A stretch of DNA of 64,000 nucleotides from the human T2T-CHM13v2.0 reference genome, Homo sapiens. The stretch lies in assembly GCF_009914755.1 (NCBI RefSeq), contig NC_060947.1; one strand, written 5' to 3'. Position numbers and translations under genes: made by a program. The notes under the pieces were generated by a model. It had not been told where the DNA came from. It did not search any database and saw only the letters and a list, made by a program, of their open reading frames with translations. Below, piece by piece: positions 17,279 through 31,280 of this stretch; the stretch's first letter is position 1; every line of letters starts with the position of its first letter.

Positions 17279-17683
17279 TGTCAGGCCTCTGAGCCCAAGC
17301 TAAGTTATCATATCCCCTGTGACCTGCACGTACACATCCAGATGACTGGTTCCTGCCTTAACTGATGACATTCTACCACAAAAGAAAGGAAAATGGCCTA
17401 TTCCTGCCTTAACTGATGACATTATCTTGTGAAATTCCTTCTCCTGGCTCATCCTGGCTCAAAAGCTCCCCTATTGAACACCTTGTGACCCCCACTCCTG
17501 CCCACCAGAGAACAACCCCTTTGACTGTAATTTTCCTTTACCTACCCAAATCCTGTAAAACGGCCCCACCCCATCTCCCTCTGCTGACTCTTCGGACTCA
17601 GTCTGCCTGCACCCAGGTGATTAAAAGCTTTATTGCTCACACAAAGCCTGTTTGGTGGTCTCTTCACACAGACGCGCATGAAA
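17279..17683 (+). promoter_or_regulatory. HERV-H 5' LTR (LTR7, 405 bp)
   Basis: TGTCAGGCCTCTGAGCCCAAG...CATGAAA; SOX-like ACAAAAGA at 17378-17385; TATA altered to TGTAAAA at 17554-17560; ATTAAA poly(A) signal. Confidence 0.95.
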
Positions 17684-17685
17684 TT

Positions 17686-17703
17686 TGGTGCTGTGACTCA
17701 GAT
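17686..17703 (+). other. Primer binding site, tRNA-His
   Basis: TGGTGCTGTGACTCAGAT versus canonical TGGTGCCGTGACTCGGAT (two CpG-type changes). Confidence 0.9.
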
Positions 17704-17803
17704 CAATCCCCTGTGCTCCTGCTCTTTGATCCATGAAAAGATCCACCTACGACCTCGGGTCCTCAGACCCACCAGCCCAAGGAACATCTCACCAATTTTA
17801 AAT

Positions 17804-17812
17804 CAGGTAAGT
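17804..17812 (+). promoter_or_regulatory. HERV-H leader major splice donor
   Basis: CAG|GTAAGT, a consensus 5' splice site at the expected leader position. Confidence 0.75.
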
Positions 17813-18194
17813 GGCCTCTTCTTACTCTCTTCTCCAACCTCTCTCACTATCCCTCAACCACTTTCTCCTTTCAATCTTGGCGCCACCCTTCAATCTCTCC
17901 CTTCTCTTAATTTCAATTCCTTTCATTTTCTGGTAGAGACAAAGGAGACACATTTTATCTGTGGACCCAAAACTCTGGCGCCAGTCACGGACTCGGGAAG
18001 GCAGCCTTCCCTTGGTGTTTAATCATTGCAGGGACACCTCTCTGATTATTCACCCACGTTTCAGAGGTGTGTGACCACATGGGGACACCTGCCTTGGTCC
18101 TTCACCCTTAGCGGCAAGTCCCGCTTTTCTGGGGGAGGGTCAAGAACCCCGAACCCTTCTCTGTCTCTATCTCTTTTCTGCGGGGCAAGAACCC

Positions 18195-18437
18195 CCCCAA
18201 TCCCTTATTTCCATGCCCCAACCCCTTATCTCTGTGCCCTGATCCCTTATTTCCACGCCCCAACCTCTTATCTCTGTGCCCCGATCCCTTATTTCCATGC
18301 CCCGACCTCTTATCTCTGTGCCCCGATCCCTTATTTCCACGGCCCAACCTCTTATCTCTGTGCCCCGATCCCTTATTTCCATGCCCTGACCTCTTATCTC
18401 TGCACCCCAACCCCTAATTTCCATGCCCCGACCCCTT
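18195..18437. repeat. HERV-H leader minisatellite, 42-bp unit (2 x 21 bp), ~5.7 copies
   Basis: ccgatcccttatttccatgcc + ccgacctcttatctctgtgcc alternate; translates as repeated PIPYFHAPTSYLCA. Confidence 0.92.
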
Positions 18438-18519
18438 TCCTGCTTTTCTAGAGGGTAAGAACGCCTGAACCTCTTCACTCCATGTCTCTACTCTCTCTTT
18501 TCTCTCGGCTTGCCTCCTT

Positions 18520-19760
18520 CACTATGGGCAACATTCCACCCTCCATTCCTCCCTCTTCTCCCTTAGTCTGTGTTCTCAAGAACTTAAAACCTCTTCAACT
18601 CACACCTGACCTAAAACCTAAATGCCTTATTTTCTTCTACAATGCCACTTGACCCCAATACAAACTCGACAGTGGTTCCAAATAGCCAGAAAATGGCACT
18701 TTCATTTTTTCCATCCTATAAGATCTAAATAATTCTTGTTGTAAAATGGGCAAATGGTCTGAGGTGCCTAACGTCCAGGCATTCTTTTACACATCAGTCA
18801 CTCCCTAGTCTCTGTTCCCAATGCAACTCGTCCCAAATCTTCCTTCTTTCCCTCCCACCTGTCCCCTCAGTCCCAAACCCAAGCGTCGCTGAGTCTTTCT
18901 AATCTTCCTTTTCTACAGACCCATCTGACCTCTCCCTTCCTCACCAGGCCGAGCTAGGTCCCAATTCTTCCTCAGCCTCCGCTCCTCCACCCTATAATCC
19001 TTTTATCACCTCCCCTGCTCACACCTGGTCTGGCTTACAGTTTCCTTCCGTGACTAGCCCTCCCCCACCTGCCCAGCAATTTCCTCTTAAAAAGGTGGGT
19101 AGAGCCAAAGGCATAGTCAAGGTTAATGCTCCTTTTTCTTTATCCCAAATCAGAGAATGTTTAGGCTCTTTTTCATCAAATATAAAAACCCAGCCCAGTT
19201 CATGGCTCGTTTGGCAGCAACCCTGAGATGCTTTACACCCCTAGACCCTAAAAGGTCAAAAGGCCATCCTATTCTCAATATACATTTTATTACCCAATCT
19301 GCTCCCGACATTAAATAAAACTCCAAAAATTAAATTCCGGCCCTCAAACCCCAAAACAGGACTTAATTAACCTCACCTTCAAGGTGTACAATAATAGAGT
19401 AAAGGCAGCCAAGTAGCAACATATTTCTGAGTTGCAATTCTTTGCCTCCACTGTGAGACAAACCCCAGCCACATCTCCAGCACACAAGAACTTCCAAACG
19501 CCTGAACCGCAGCAGCCAGGCCTTCCTCCAGAACCTCCTCCCCCAGGAGCTTGCTACAAGTGCCAGAAATCTGGCCACCAGGCCAAGGAATGCCTGCAGC
19601 CCAGGATTCCTCCTAAGCCACGTCCCATCTGTGCGGGACCCCACTGAAAATCAGACTGTTCAATTCACCTGGTAGCCACTCCCAGAGCCCCTGGAACTCT
19701 GGCCCAAGGCTCTCTGAATGACTCCTTCCCAGATCTTCTCAGCTTAGTGGCTGAAGACTG
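18520..19760 (+). pseudogene. gag: HERV-H gag remnant with CCHC zinc knuckle
   Basis: CYKCQKSGHQAKEC at 19552-19593; second knuckle broken (RPICAGPH*); multiple stops; boundaries approximate. Confidence 0.8.
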
Positions 19761-19779
19761 ACGCTGCCTGATTGCCTCA

Positions 19780-22770
19780 GAAGCCCCTAGATCATCACGG
19801 ATGCCGAGCTTCGGGTAACTTTCACAGTGGAGGGTAAGTCTGTCCCCTTCTTAATCAATACAGAGACTACCCACTCCACATTACCTTCTTTTCAAGGGCC
19901 TGTTTCCCTTGCCTCCATAACTGTTGTGGGTATTGACGGCCAGGCTTCTAAACCTCTTAAAATTCCCCAACTCTAGTGCCAACTTAGTCAATACTCTTTT
20001 AAGCACTCCTTTTTAGTTATCCCCACCTGCCCAGTTCCCTTATTAGGCTGAGACACTTTAACTAAATTATCTGCTTCCCTGACTATTCCTAGGCTACAGC
20101 CACACCTCATTGCTGCCTTTTCCCCCAGTTCAAAGCCTCCTTCACATCCTCCCCTTGTATCTCCCCACCTTAACCCACAAGTATAAGACACCTCTACTCC
20201 CTCCTTAGCAACCAATCATGCACCCCTTACCATCCTATTAAAACCTAATCACCCTTACCTCGCTCAATGCCAATATCCCATCCCACAGCACACTTTAAAA
20301 GGATTAAAGCCTGTTATCACTCGCCTGCTACAGCATGGGCTTCTAAAACCTATAAACTCTCCTTACAATTCCCCCATTTTACCTGTCCAAAAACCGGACA
20401 AGTCTTACAGATTAGTTCAGGATCTGCGCGTTATCAACCAAATTGTTTTGCCTATCCACCCTGTGGTGTCCAACCCATACACTCTTTTGTCCTCAGTACC
20501 TTCCTCCACAACTCACTATTCTGTTCTTGATCTTAAAGATGCTTTTTTCACTATTCCCCTGCACCCCTCGTCCCAGCCTCTCTTTGCTTTCACTTGGACT
20601 GACCCTGACACCCATCAGGCTCAGCAAATTACCTATGCTGTACTGCTGCAAGGCCTCACAGACAGCCCCCATTACTTCAGTCAAGCCCAAATTTCTTCCT
20701 CATCTGTTACCTATCTTGGCATAATTCTCATAAAAACACACGTGCTCTCCCTGCCCATCGTGTCCAACTGATCTTTCAAACCCCAGCACCTTCTACAAAA
20801 CAACAACTCCTTTCCTTCCTAGGCATGGTTAGATACTTTCGACTTTAGATACCTGGTTTTGCCATCCTAACAAAACCATTATATAAACTCAACAAAAGGA
20901 AACCTAGCTGACCACATAGATCCTAAATCCTTTCCCCACTCCTCTTTCCATTCCTTGAAGACAGCTTTAGAGACTGCCCCCATCCTAGCTCTCCCTGACT
21001 CATCCCAACCCTTTTCATTACACACAGCTGAAGTGCAGGGCTGTGCAGTCGGAATTCTTACACAAGGACTGGGATCGCATCCTGTAGCCTTTTTGTCCAA
21101 ACAACTTGACCTTATTGTTTTAGATTGGCCATCATGTCTCCGTGCAGTGGCTGCTGCCGCCCTAATACTTTTAGAGGCCCTTAAAATCACAAACTATGCT
21201 CAACTCACTCTCTACAGTTCTCATAACTTCCAAAATCTATTTTCTTCCTCACACCTGACACATATACTGTCTGCTCCCCGGCTCCTTCAGCTGTACTCAC
21301 TCTTTGTTGAGTCTTCCACAATTACCATTGTTCCTGGCCCGGACTTCAATCCGGCCTCCCACATTATTCTGGATACCACACCTGACCCTCATGACTGTAT
21401 CTCTCTGATCCACCTGACATTCACCCCATTTCCCCATATTTCCTTCTTTCCTGTTCCTCACCCTGATCACATTTAGTTTATTGATGGCAGTTCCGCCAGG
21501 CCTAATCGCCACTCACCAGCAAAGGCAGGCTATGCTATAGTATCTTCCACACCTATCATTGAGGCTACCGCTCTGCCCCCCTCCACTACCTCTCAGCAAG
21601 CCGAACTAGTTGCCTTAACTCAAGCCCTCACTCTTGCAAAAGGACTACTCATCAATATTTATAGTGACTCTAAATATGCCTTTCATATTCTGCACCACCA
21701 TGCTGTTATACAGGCTGAAAGAGGTTTCCTCACTATGCAAGTGTCCTCCATCATTAACGACTCTTAAATAAAACTCTGCTCAAGGCCGCTTTACTTCCAA
21801 AGGAAGCTGGAGTCATTCACTGCAAAGGCCATCAAAAGGCATCAGATCCCATTGCTCTAGGCAATGCTTATGCTGATAAGGTGGCTAGACAAGCAACAGG
21901 CTTTCCACCTTCTGTCCCTCATGGCCAGTTTTTCTCCTTCACATCAGTCACTCCCACCTACTCCCCTGCTGAAACTTCCACCTGTCAATCTCTTCCCACA
22001 CAAGGCAAATGGTTCTTAGACCAAGGAAAATATCTCCTTCCAGCCTCACAGGCCCATTCTATTCTGTCGTCATTTCATAACCTCTTCCATGTAGGTTATG
22101 AGCCGCTAGCCCGTCTCTTAGAACCTCTCATTTCTTTTCCATCCTGGAAATCTATCCTCAAGGAAATCACTTCTCAGTGTTCCATTTGCTATTCTACTAC
22201 CCCTCAGGGATTGTTCAGGCCTCCTCCCTTTCCCACACATCAAGCTCGGGGATTTGCCCCCACCCAGGACTGGCAAATTGACTTTACTCACATGCCCTGA
22301 GTCAGGAAACTAAAATACCTCTTAGTCTGGGTAGACACTTTCCCTGGATGGGTAGAGGCCTTTCCTACAGGGTCTAAGAAGGCCACCACAGTCATTTCTT
22401 CCCTTCTGTCAGACATAGTTCCTCGGTTTGGCCTTCCTACCTCTATACAGTCCAATAGCAGACCGGCCTTTATTAGTCAAATCAGCCAAGCGGTTTTTCA
22501 GGCTCTTGGTATTCAGTGAAACCTTTATATCCCTTACGGTCCTCAGTCTTCAGGAAAGGTAGAACGGACTGATGGACTTTTAAAAACACACCTCACCAAG
22601 CTCAGCTACCAACTTAAAAAGGACTGGACAATACTTTTACCACTTTCCCTTCTCAGAATTCAGGCCTGTCCTTGGAATTTTACAGGGTACAGCCCATTTG
22701 AGCTCCTGTATGGACACTCCTTTTTATTAAGCCCCAGTCTCATTCCAGACAACAGACCAACTTGGACTGT
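19780..22770 (+). pseudogene. pol: HERV-H pro-pol remnant (protease, RT, RNase H, integrase), disrupted
   Basis: LDLKDAFFTIPL (RT; YxDD region missing), ALETAPILALPD, FIDGS...IYSDSKY...HCKGHQ (RNase H), H-H-CSIC, WQIDFTHMP, WVEAFP and SGKVER (integrase); in-frame stops and frameshifts. Confidence 0.9.
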
Positions 22771-23334
22771 GCCCCAAAAAACTTGTCATCCCTACTATCT
22801 TCTGTCTAGTCATACTCCTATTCACCGTTCTCAACTACTCATACATGCCCTGCTCTTGTTTACACTGTCGGTTTACACTGTTTCTCCAAGCCATCACAGC
22901 TGATATCTCCTGGTGCTATCCCCAAACTGCCACTCTTAACTCTTGAAGTAAATAAATAATCTTTGCTGGCAGGACTATGCTGAATCTCCTTAGGCACTCT
23001 AATTAGATGTCCTGGGTCCTCCCAATTCTTAGACCTTTAATACCTGTTTTTCTCCTTCTCTTATTCCGTTTAGTTTTTCAATTCATATAAAACTGTATCC
23101 AGGCCATCACAATAATTCTAAATGACAAATGTTTCTTCTAACAGTCCCACAGTATCACCCCTTACCACAAAATCTTCCTTCAGCTTAATGTCTCCCACTC
23201 TAGGTTCCCACGCTGCCCCTAATCCCACTGAAAGCAGCCCTGAGAAACAATGCCCATTATCTCTCCATACCACCCCCAAAAATTTTTGCCGCCCCAACAC
23301 TTTACCACTATTTCGTTTTATTTTTCTTATTAAT

Positions 23335-23349
23335 ATAAGAAGACAGGAA
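23335..23349 (+). other. Polypurine tract
   Basis: ataagaagacaggaa directly upstream of the 3' LTR. Confidence 0.75.
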
Positions 23350-23708
23350 CGTCAGGCCTCTTAGCCCAAGCTAAGCCATCATATCCCCTGTGACCTGCAC
23401 ATACACATCCAAATGGCCTGTTCCTGCCTTAACTGATGACATTATCTTGTGAAATTCCTTCTCCTGGCTCATCCTGGCTCAAAAGCTCCCCTACTGAGCA
23501 CCTTGTGACCCCCACTCCTGCCCACCAGAGAACAACCCCTTTGACTGTAATTTTCCTTTACCTACCCAAATCCTATAAAACGGCCCCACTCCTATCTCCC
23601 TTCGCTGACTCTCTTTTTGGATTCAGCCCACCTGCGCCCAGGTGATTAAAAGCTGTATTGCTCGCACAAAGCCTGTTTGGTGGTCTCTTCACATGGACGT
23701 GCATGAAA
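23350..23708 (+). promoter_or_regulatory. HERV-H 3' LTR (LTR7, 359 bp)
   Basis: CGTCAGGCC...CATGAAA; intact TATAAAA at 23574-23580; lacks a 51-bp U3 repeat unit present in the 5' LTR. Confidence 0.95.
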
Positions 23709-23713
23709 GAGAC

Positions 23714-23940
23714 CATCCTGGCTGACACGGTGAAACCCCATCTCTACTAAAAATACAAAAAATTAGCCGGGTGTGGTGGCGGGCACCTGTAGTCCCAGAT
23801 ACTCAGGAGGCTGAGGCAGGAGAATGACGGGAACCCAGGAGGCTGAGCTTGCAGTGAGCCGAGATCGCACCACTGCACTCCATCCAGCTGGGCGACAGAG
23901 CAAGACTCCATCTCAAAAAAAAAAAAAAAAAAAAAAAAAA
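23714..23940 (+). mobile_element. AluY-like element, 3' part (split by HERV-H)
   Basis: catcctggctgacacggtg...gagcttgcagtgagcc...poly(A). Confidence 0.93.
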
Positions 23941-24966
23941 GAATTGCATGTACACAGGCTGAGATGCATTCTTCTGTGAAGGATTCATGAACAGAACAAC
24001 TTCACAACAATACTGAATCACGTAACGGTGAAAACCCAATTATATTCTGATCACAGAAAATGAATAATGGTTCCTTTTCTGTAAGTGAATGGAAATAAAA
24101 CAGTTAAAATATATATAGAAAAAGTAAATGTCACTTCTGCTTCCATCAAGTGACCAGGCTTGATGATCTCTCTATGTTATACGTTTCCAAGGCAGATTGT
24201 ACGTTTGGTTTATGGCAATCATCAATATTGAAATAAAATAAATACTTTAGAAATTTTTAGTTATTCTGGTGGGTATCATCATTTGCTATTAAGGCATGTT
24301 TCTTGTTTATGAAAAAAAAAAACAGGAGAAACAATGGTGGGAGTCTTTGATTATCCAAATTAAGTAAAATTAGGCAGGTTGAGTAGAATTACTCAGATAT
24401 ACCTCTACTGCTGATTGCATTTCTCGGACTCAAGTTTCATAATTGAAAGTTTTAAAAGCAAAGCAAACCCAAGCAAGTTATTTTGTGGGTATTGACTAAC
24501 TGATTCTAAAGTTTATATAGAGAGGCAAAAGATCCAGAATAGCCAACACAATACTGATGGAGAAGAACAAAGAAGACGACTAATACTTCAAGACTTACTA
24601 TAAGACTACACAGTAATCAAGACAGTAATCAAGTATTGGAAGAAAAATAGACAGATAGATCAGTAGAACAGACTAGAAAGACCAGAAATAGACCAACACA
24701 AATATACTCAACTGAACTTTGACATAGGAGCAAAGCAGTTAGGTGGGGAAAAGACAGTCTTTTCAACAATGGTACTGGAACAACTGAGTATCCACATAAA
24801 AAGAAAATGAATATTAACATAGACCTTACACTCTTCACAAAAATAAGTTCAAAATGGATCATAGACCTAAATGTAAAATGCAAAACTATAAAATTCTGAG
24901 AAGATAACATAGGAGAAAATCTAGATAATCTTGGGTTTGGCAATGACTTTTAAGATACAACACCAG

Positions 24967-25319
<353 letters not shown>

Positions 25320-26031
25320 TCAAAATAAAAACTTCTGCTCTGTAAAAACAGTCAAAAGAATGAGAATACAAGCCACAGATTGGGAGAAAATATTTGCATA
25401 AGACATATCTGATAAAGGATTGTTATCCAAAATAAACAAAAGACTCTTAAAACTCAACAGCAAGAAGTCTAACAACCTAATTAAAAATGGGCAAAAGATC
25501 TGAACAGATGCCTCACCAAAGAAGATATACAGATGGCAAATAAGAATAAAAAAGATGCTCAACATCATATGTAATTAGAGAATTTCAAATAAAAACAATG
25601 AGATACCACTACACACCTATTAGAATGGCTAATATTCAAAACACGGACAACATCAAATGCTGTTGAGGATATGAAACAACAGGAGATCTTATTCATTGCT
25701 GGTGGAAATGCAAAATAGTGCAGCCACTTTTGAAGCCAGTTTGGCAGTTTCTCAAAAAACTAAACATACTCTTACCCATATGATCCAGCAATCATACTCC
25801 TTAGAATTTACCCCAAGGAGTTGAAAACTTATGTCTACACAAAAACATGCACACAGATGTTTAGAGCAATTTATTCATAATTGCTAAAATTTGGAAGCAA
25901 CCAAGTTATCCTTAAGTAGGTGAATGGATAGGTTGTAGTACATCCAGCCAATGGAGTGTTATTTAACACTAAAAAGTAATGAGCTATCAAGCCATGAAAA
26001 GGCACAGAGGAACCTTAATGAATATTACTAA

Positions 26032-27557
<1,526 letters not shown>

Positions 27558-28639
27558 GAATATTGCTAAGTGAATGAAGCCAATCTGAAAAGTCTACATA
27601 CTATATGATTCCAACTATAGGACCTTCTGGAAAAGGCAAAACTATAGAGAAAGTAAAAAGATTGGTTGTTTCAAGGAAGTGGGAGGAGGGAGGGATACAT
27701 AGGTGAAACATAGAGGATTTTTAGGGCAGTGAAACTATTCTGTATGATGTTATAATGGTGAATACATAGCATTATACATTTGTCCCAAACCAAAGAATAT
27801 ACAACACCAAGAATGAACCTAAGTATTTACATTAACTATGCACTCTGGGTGATAATGCTGTGTCAATTTAAGTCCCTTTCTTGTAACAAATGTGCCAGTC
27901 TGGTGCAGGATGTCGACAGTGGGTAAGGCTGTGGGTGTGTAGGTGTAGGGGGTACATGAGAACTCTGTGCTTTCTGCTCAATTTTGCTGTGAACCTAAAA
28001 TTGCTGTAAAAAAAAAAGTCTGTTTCAAAATATGTAAAGCAAAAGCTTATGGTTTCTGAGAGATATACTAAGGATGTGGCCATTGTGTATTTTATCATAA
28101 GAGTATTAAAAGGCCAGTAATTGCAGTAATTTTTTAGAGCATGCAAGCTTTTATACAGACCCATCGTCTTCTCAATTAAAATGATGTTCTTATTGTTTTC
28201 ATTATGTAAGAATTGGAGGCAAAACTGGGTAGGCACTTGGGAGGCTCTATTTATTCCCCACCATATGGAGTAGGGCTGCTCTTTAGGTAGGTAGCCACCT
28301 ACATGGTGAGATATGAGAGATGCTTAAAGGCTACTTTTAACCTAAAATTTCACCTACTATTCTGTCATGGTATCTCCTTCTTCCTCTCCTAACCAGAAAT
28401 GGATCCTGCCTGCTTCTCATTTTTAACACATCTAGTATCTAGCCCATGTACTGATTGACACATACAAGATGTTCAATAATTGTTTAATAAATTAGTTGTT
28501 GATTCTGAATTTTAAAAAAAGGACAAACAGTCCCCAACATCTTTTTTTAAAAAAAGTTGTGTATTCTTTCTTGAATTTGACAAAGCCAAATTATTTAAGC
28601 CTGAATATCTCATAACTTTCTTTTAAATTACATTGTTTA

Positions 28640-28945
<306 letters not shown>

Positions 28946-30106
28946 TTATGTATTTTGCTTCTTACAAGGGCAAATAACATGATTTTGAAACAAATAGAGT
29001 GTTTCAAACTGGGTTGACAGACCAGTTGACTTTGAATTCACTGATGTTGCAATTAGGCATGCTCATCCTCAAATGGGCTGATTTTCATATTTGAGGTATA
29101 AAGCGTATATGTAAAGAAAATGTATTCATACCTTTTATTTAGTGTTTCTCCTAGTAGAAATGTCAGATGGCATTCTAGAGCCTTTAAATATAATGAAAAC
29201 TAAATTAAAGCCTATTTCTACGAGTCTGGCTTTATTTCTCATTCTTGTCCTTACTGTTATACACATCTTAAGGCATCATTGCCTTCCTGTATCTTCTTGC
29301 TTCCATGCAAAGTGCCAATAGTGTAGATCTTCTGTCATTACGGCCACTACCTCACCACCTGGTCGGGCCCCAAATCACTCTAATGTTTGCATAGACGTAC
29401 ACCCATTTCATTCCTGGCTTTCTGATTGGTGAGCTTTTTGTTCTATACTGATATATAACTAGACTACTTTAGAATTAAAATAGTTTGAGATTCTGCAAAG
29501 TAACCTAGAAAATGAAAGGTAGAAACAATAATTGAGATAAATCAAAAACATATCATACATTTGTATAAAAACCATCTGTGATGAAGTAGTAAGGAAAGAG
29601 AAAAGTTAAAAGATAAATGAGTCCTCGTCCTTCTGGATATAAGACGAATATAACCTGGGATCAGGAAAAAATTCCCCTTAGGGTGTTTTATTACCCAGTC
29701 CCATAGAGTGTAGGATTTATGCTCTCCCCTTTCCCCCATTGAGCACTGTGTAAGAAAGATGTGAATTAAACAGATGGCTAAAAATACAATTGATGCCTAG
29801 GTTTCTAAGCTTTGAAATGATAATTCAGCAAATACTACCCTAGTCTCTGACTTTACTCCAAGAAGTGTTTTACAAACTCATTTAGGAGCATGGCCTCCAA
29901 AAAAAATAAGTTTTGGAAGGTAATTCTTTATTTTTGTTTTTCCTTTGAAATACCAATAAAGCTCGAGTGACTACAGTCAACAACTTTCTAATCCATATTT
30001 CTAGCTTATAAGAACCGAGTTATTCCACAAATATCTCTCTCCCATCACACCAGTACCTGCCCATGTATTTGAAGCAGTCTTCCACTGTTTAAGAAGAGGA
30101 ACAGCA

Positions 30107-30402
30107 GGTTGGGCATAGTGGCTAACACCTGTAATCATAGCACTTGGGGAGGCCGAGGTGGGAGGATTGCTTGAGGCCAGGTGTTTGAGACCAGCCTGGG
30201 CAACATAGGGAGACTCTGTCTCTACAAAAAATACAAAAATTAGACAGGCATGGTGGCATGCACCTGTCATCCCAGCTGCTCGAGATGCTGAGGCAAGAGG
30301 ATTGCTTGAGCCAAGGAGTTCAGGTTACAGTAAACTATGATCACACCACTGCACTCCAGCCTGGGTGACAGAGTGAGACCCTGTCTCAAAAAAAAAAAAA
30401 AA
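30107..30402 (+). mobile_element. AluJ
   Basis: ggaggattgcttgagg / gaggattgcttgagcc J-type diagnostics. Confidence 0.9.
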
Positions 30403-31280
30403 AGAATTGCAGCAACACATATGTAGTAACAACAGCTTTTCCAAGTCTTTTACAGTGCCCCCTTTAGATGCAAGTAGCAATAAGCCAAGTCCTATTAAGA
30501 TGGAATGATTACTGCTCTGTAGCTACTTTGTCCAAATATGGGCCCCTGGTTTATGCCATTAAGTTCAGAAGTTTGAACTATACCAACCTTTTCCAGTCAT
30601 TGTCACTAGACTATGGACATCAGCATTTTTACTGTTAGTAGGTACATAGCTGACAACAGGTGATAGTCTATACTCTGTCTTTAATCTAGGCTTGGCCTAA
30701 CAAAACAGACAACATCTAAATGGAAAAGAACTGGGGTAGTTTTGATCTCCTTTGACATTGCCAATGCTTTATGTCATTACTCTCTAGGCTGACTTGAAAG
30801 AACACAGACCTTGTGAAAACATTTTAATGGAAGGAAGTATCAAGTAAAACTCAGAATTGTAATATTACTTAGCAATGCCTGGAGCCTGCATCTTCCTGCC
30901 ACCATTATCACAATAAACTCATAAAGGTGTAAAACTATGCAGAGCTATGTCAGACACATTAAAATAACATCTGCTAAATGACTCTTATGGCACATTTCTT
31001 TCCTTGTTATTCTTTCCATTCATCATTTTCTCCTTACCTAGTTTTGAACTGGGCTGAGATAGAAAACAAAGAAACAAAAAACATTACTATAGTTCCCGTA
31101 ATACAGCTGTTTTGGTATTATCTTTTACATATTTTTTCTATCAGTGGTCTAGGAAATATGAAAGGACAGCAAGCACAGTAGTATGCAAAGAAAAAATACT
31201 GTTATCCTGATCTCAATCTACTTGTGAATTTTTGGAAAATAATAAGTTTGTATAAATGTCAACTTTAAGAGTTGAGGCTG

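Larger units (their letters stand above)
17279..23708 (+). mobile_element. HERV-H provirus (common deleted form: LTR7-gag-pro-pol-delta env-LTR7)
   Basis: Two LTR7s, tRNA-His PBS, gag zinc knuckle, RT/RNaseH/IN motifs, PPT, and 5-bp TSD GAGAC (17274-17278 / 23709-23713). Confidence 0.97.

Noticed and set aside
17686-17703. tRNA gene
   Set aside because: Only the 18-nt PBS complementary to tRNA-His; no cloverleaf.
18026-18478. Regularly spaced repeats and repetitive ORFs suggesting a CRISPR-like array or repeat protein
   Set aside because: There are no unique spacers; it is a contiguous 42-bp minisatellite in the HERV-H leader, and the ORFs are open only because the unit length is a multiple of three.
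19432-22770. Coding-competent retroviral gag/pol/env
   Set aside because: Fragmented frames, protease DTG changed to NTE, RT YxDD region missing, env largely deleted.
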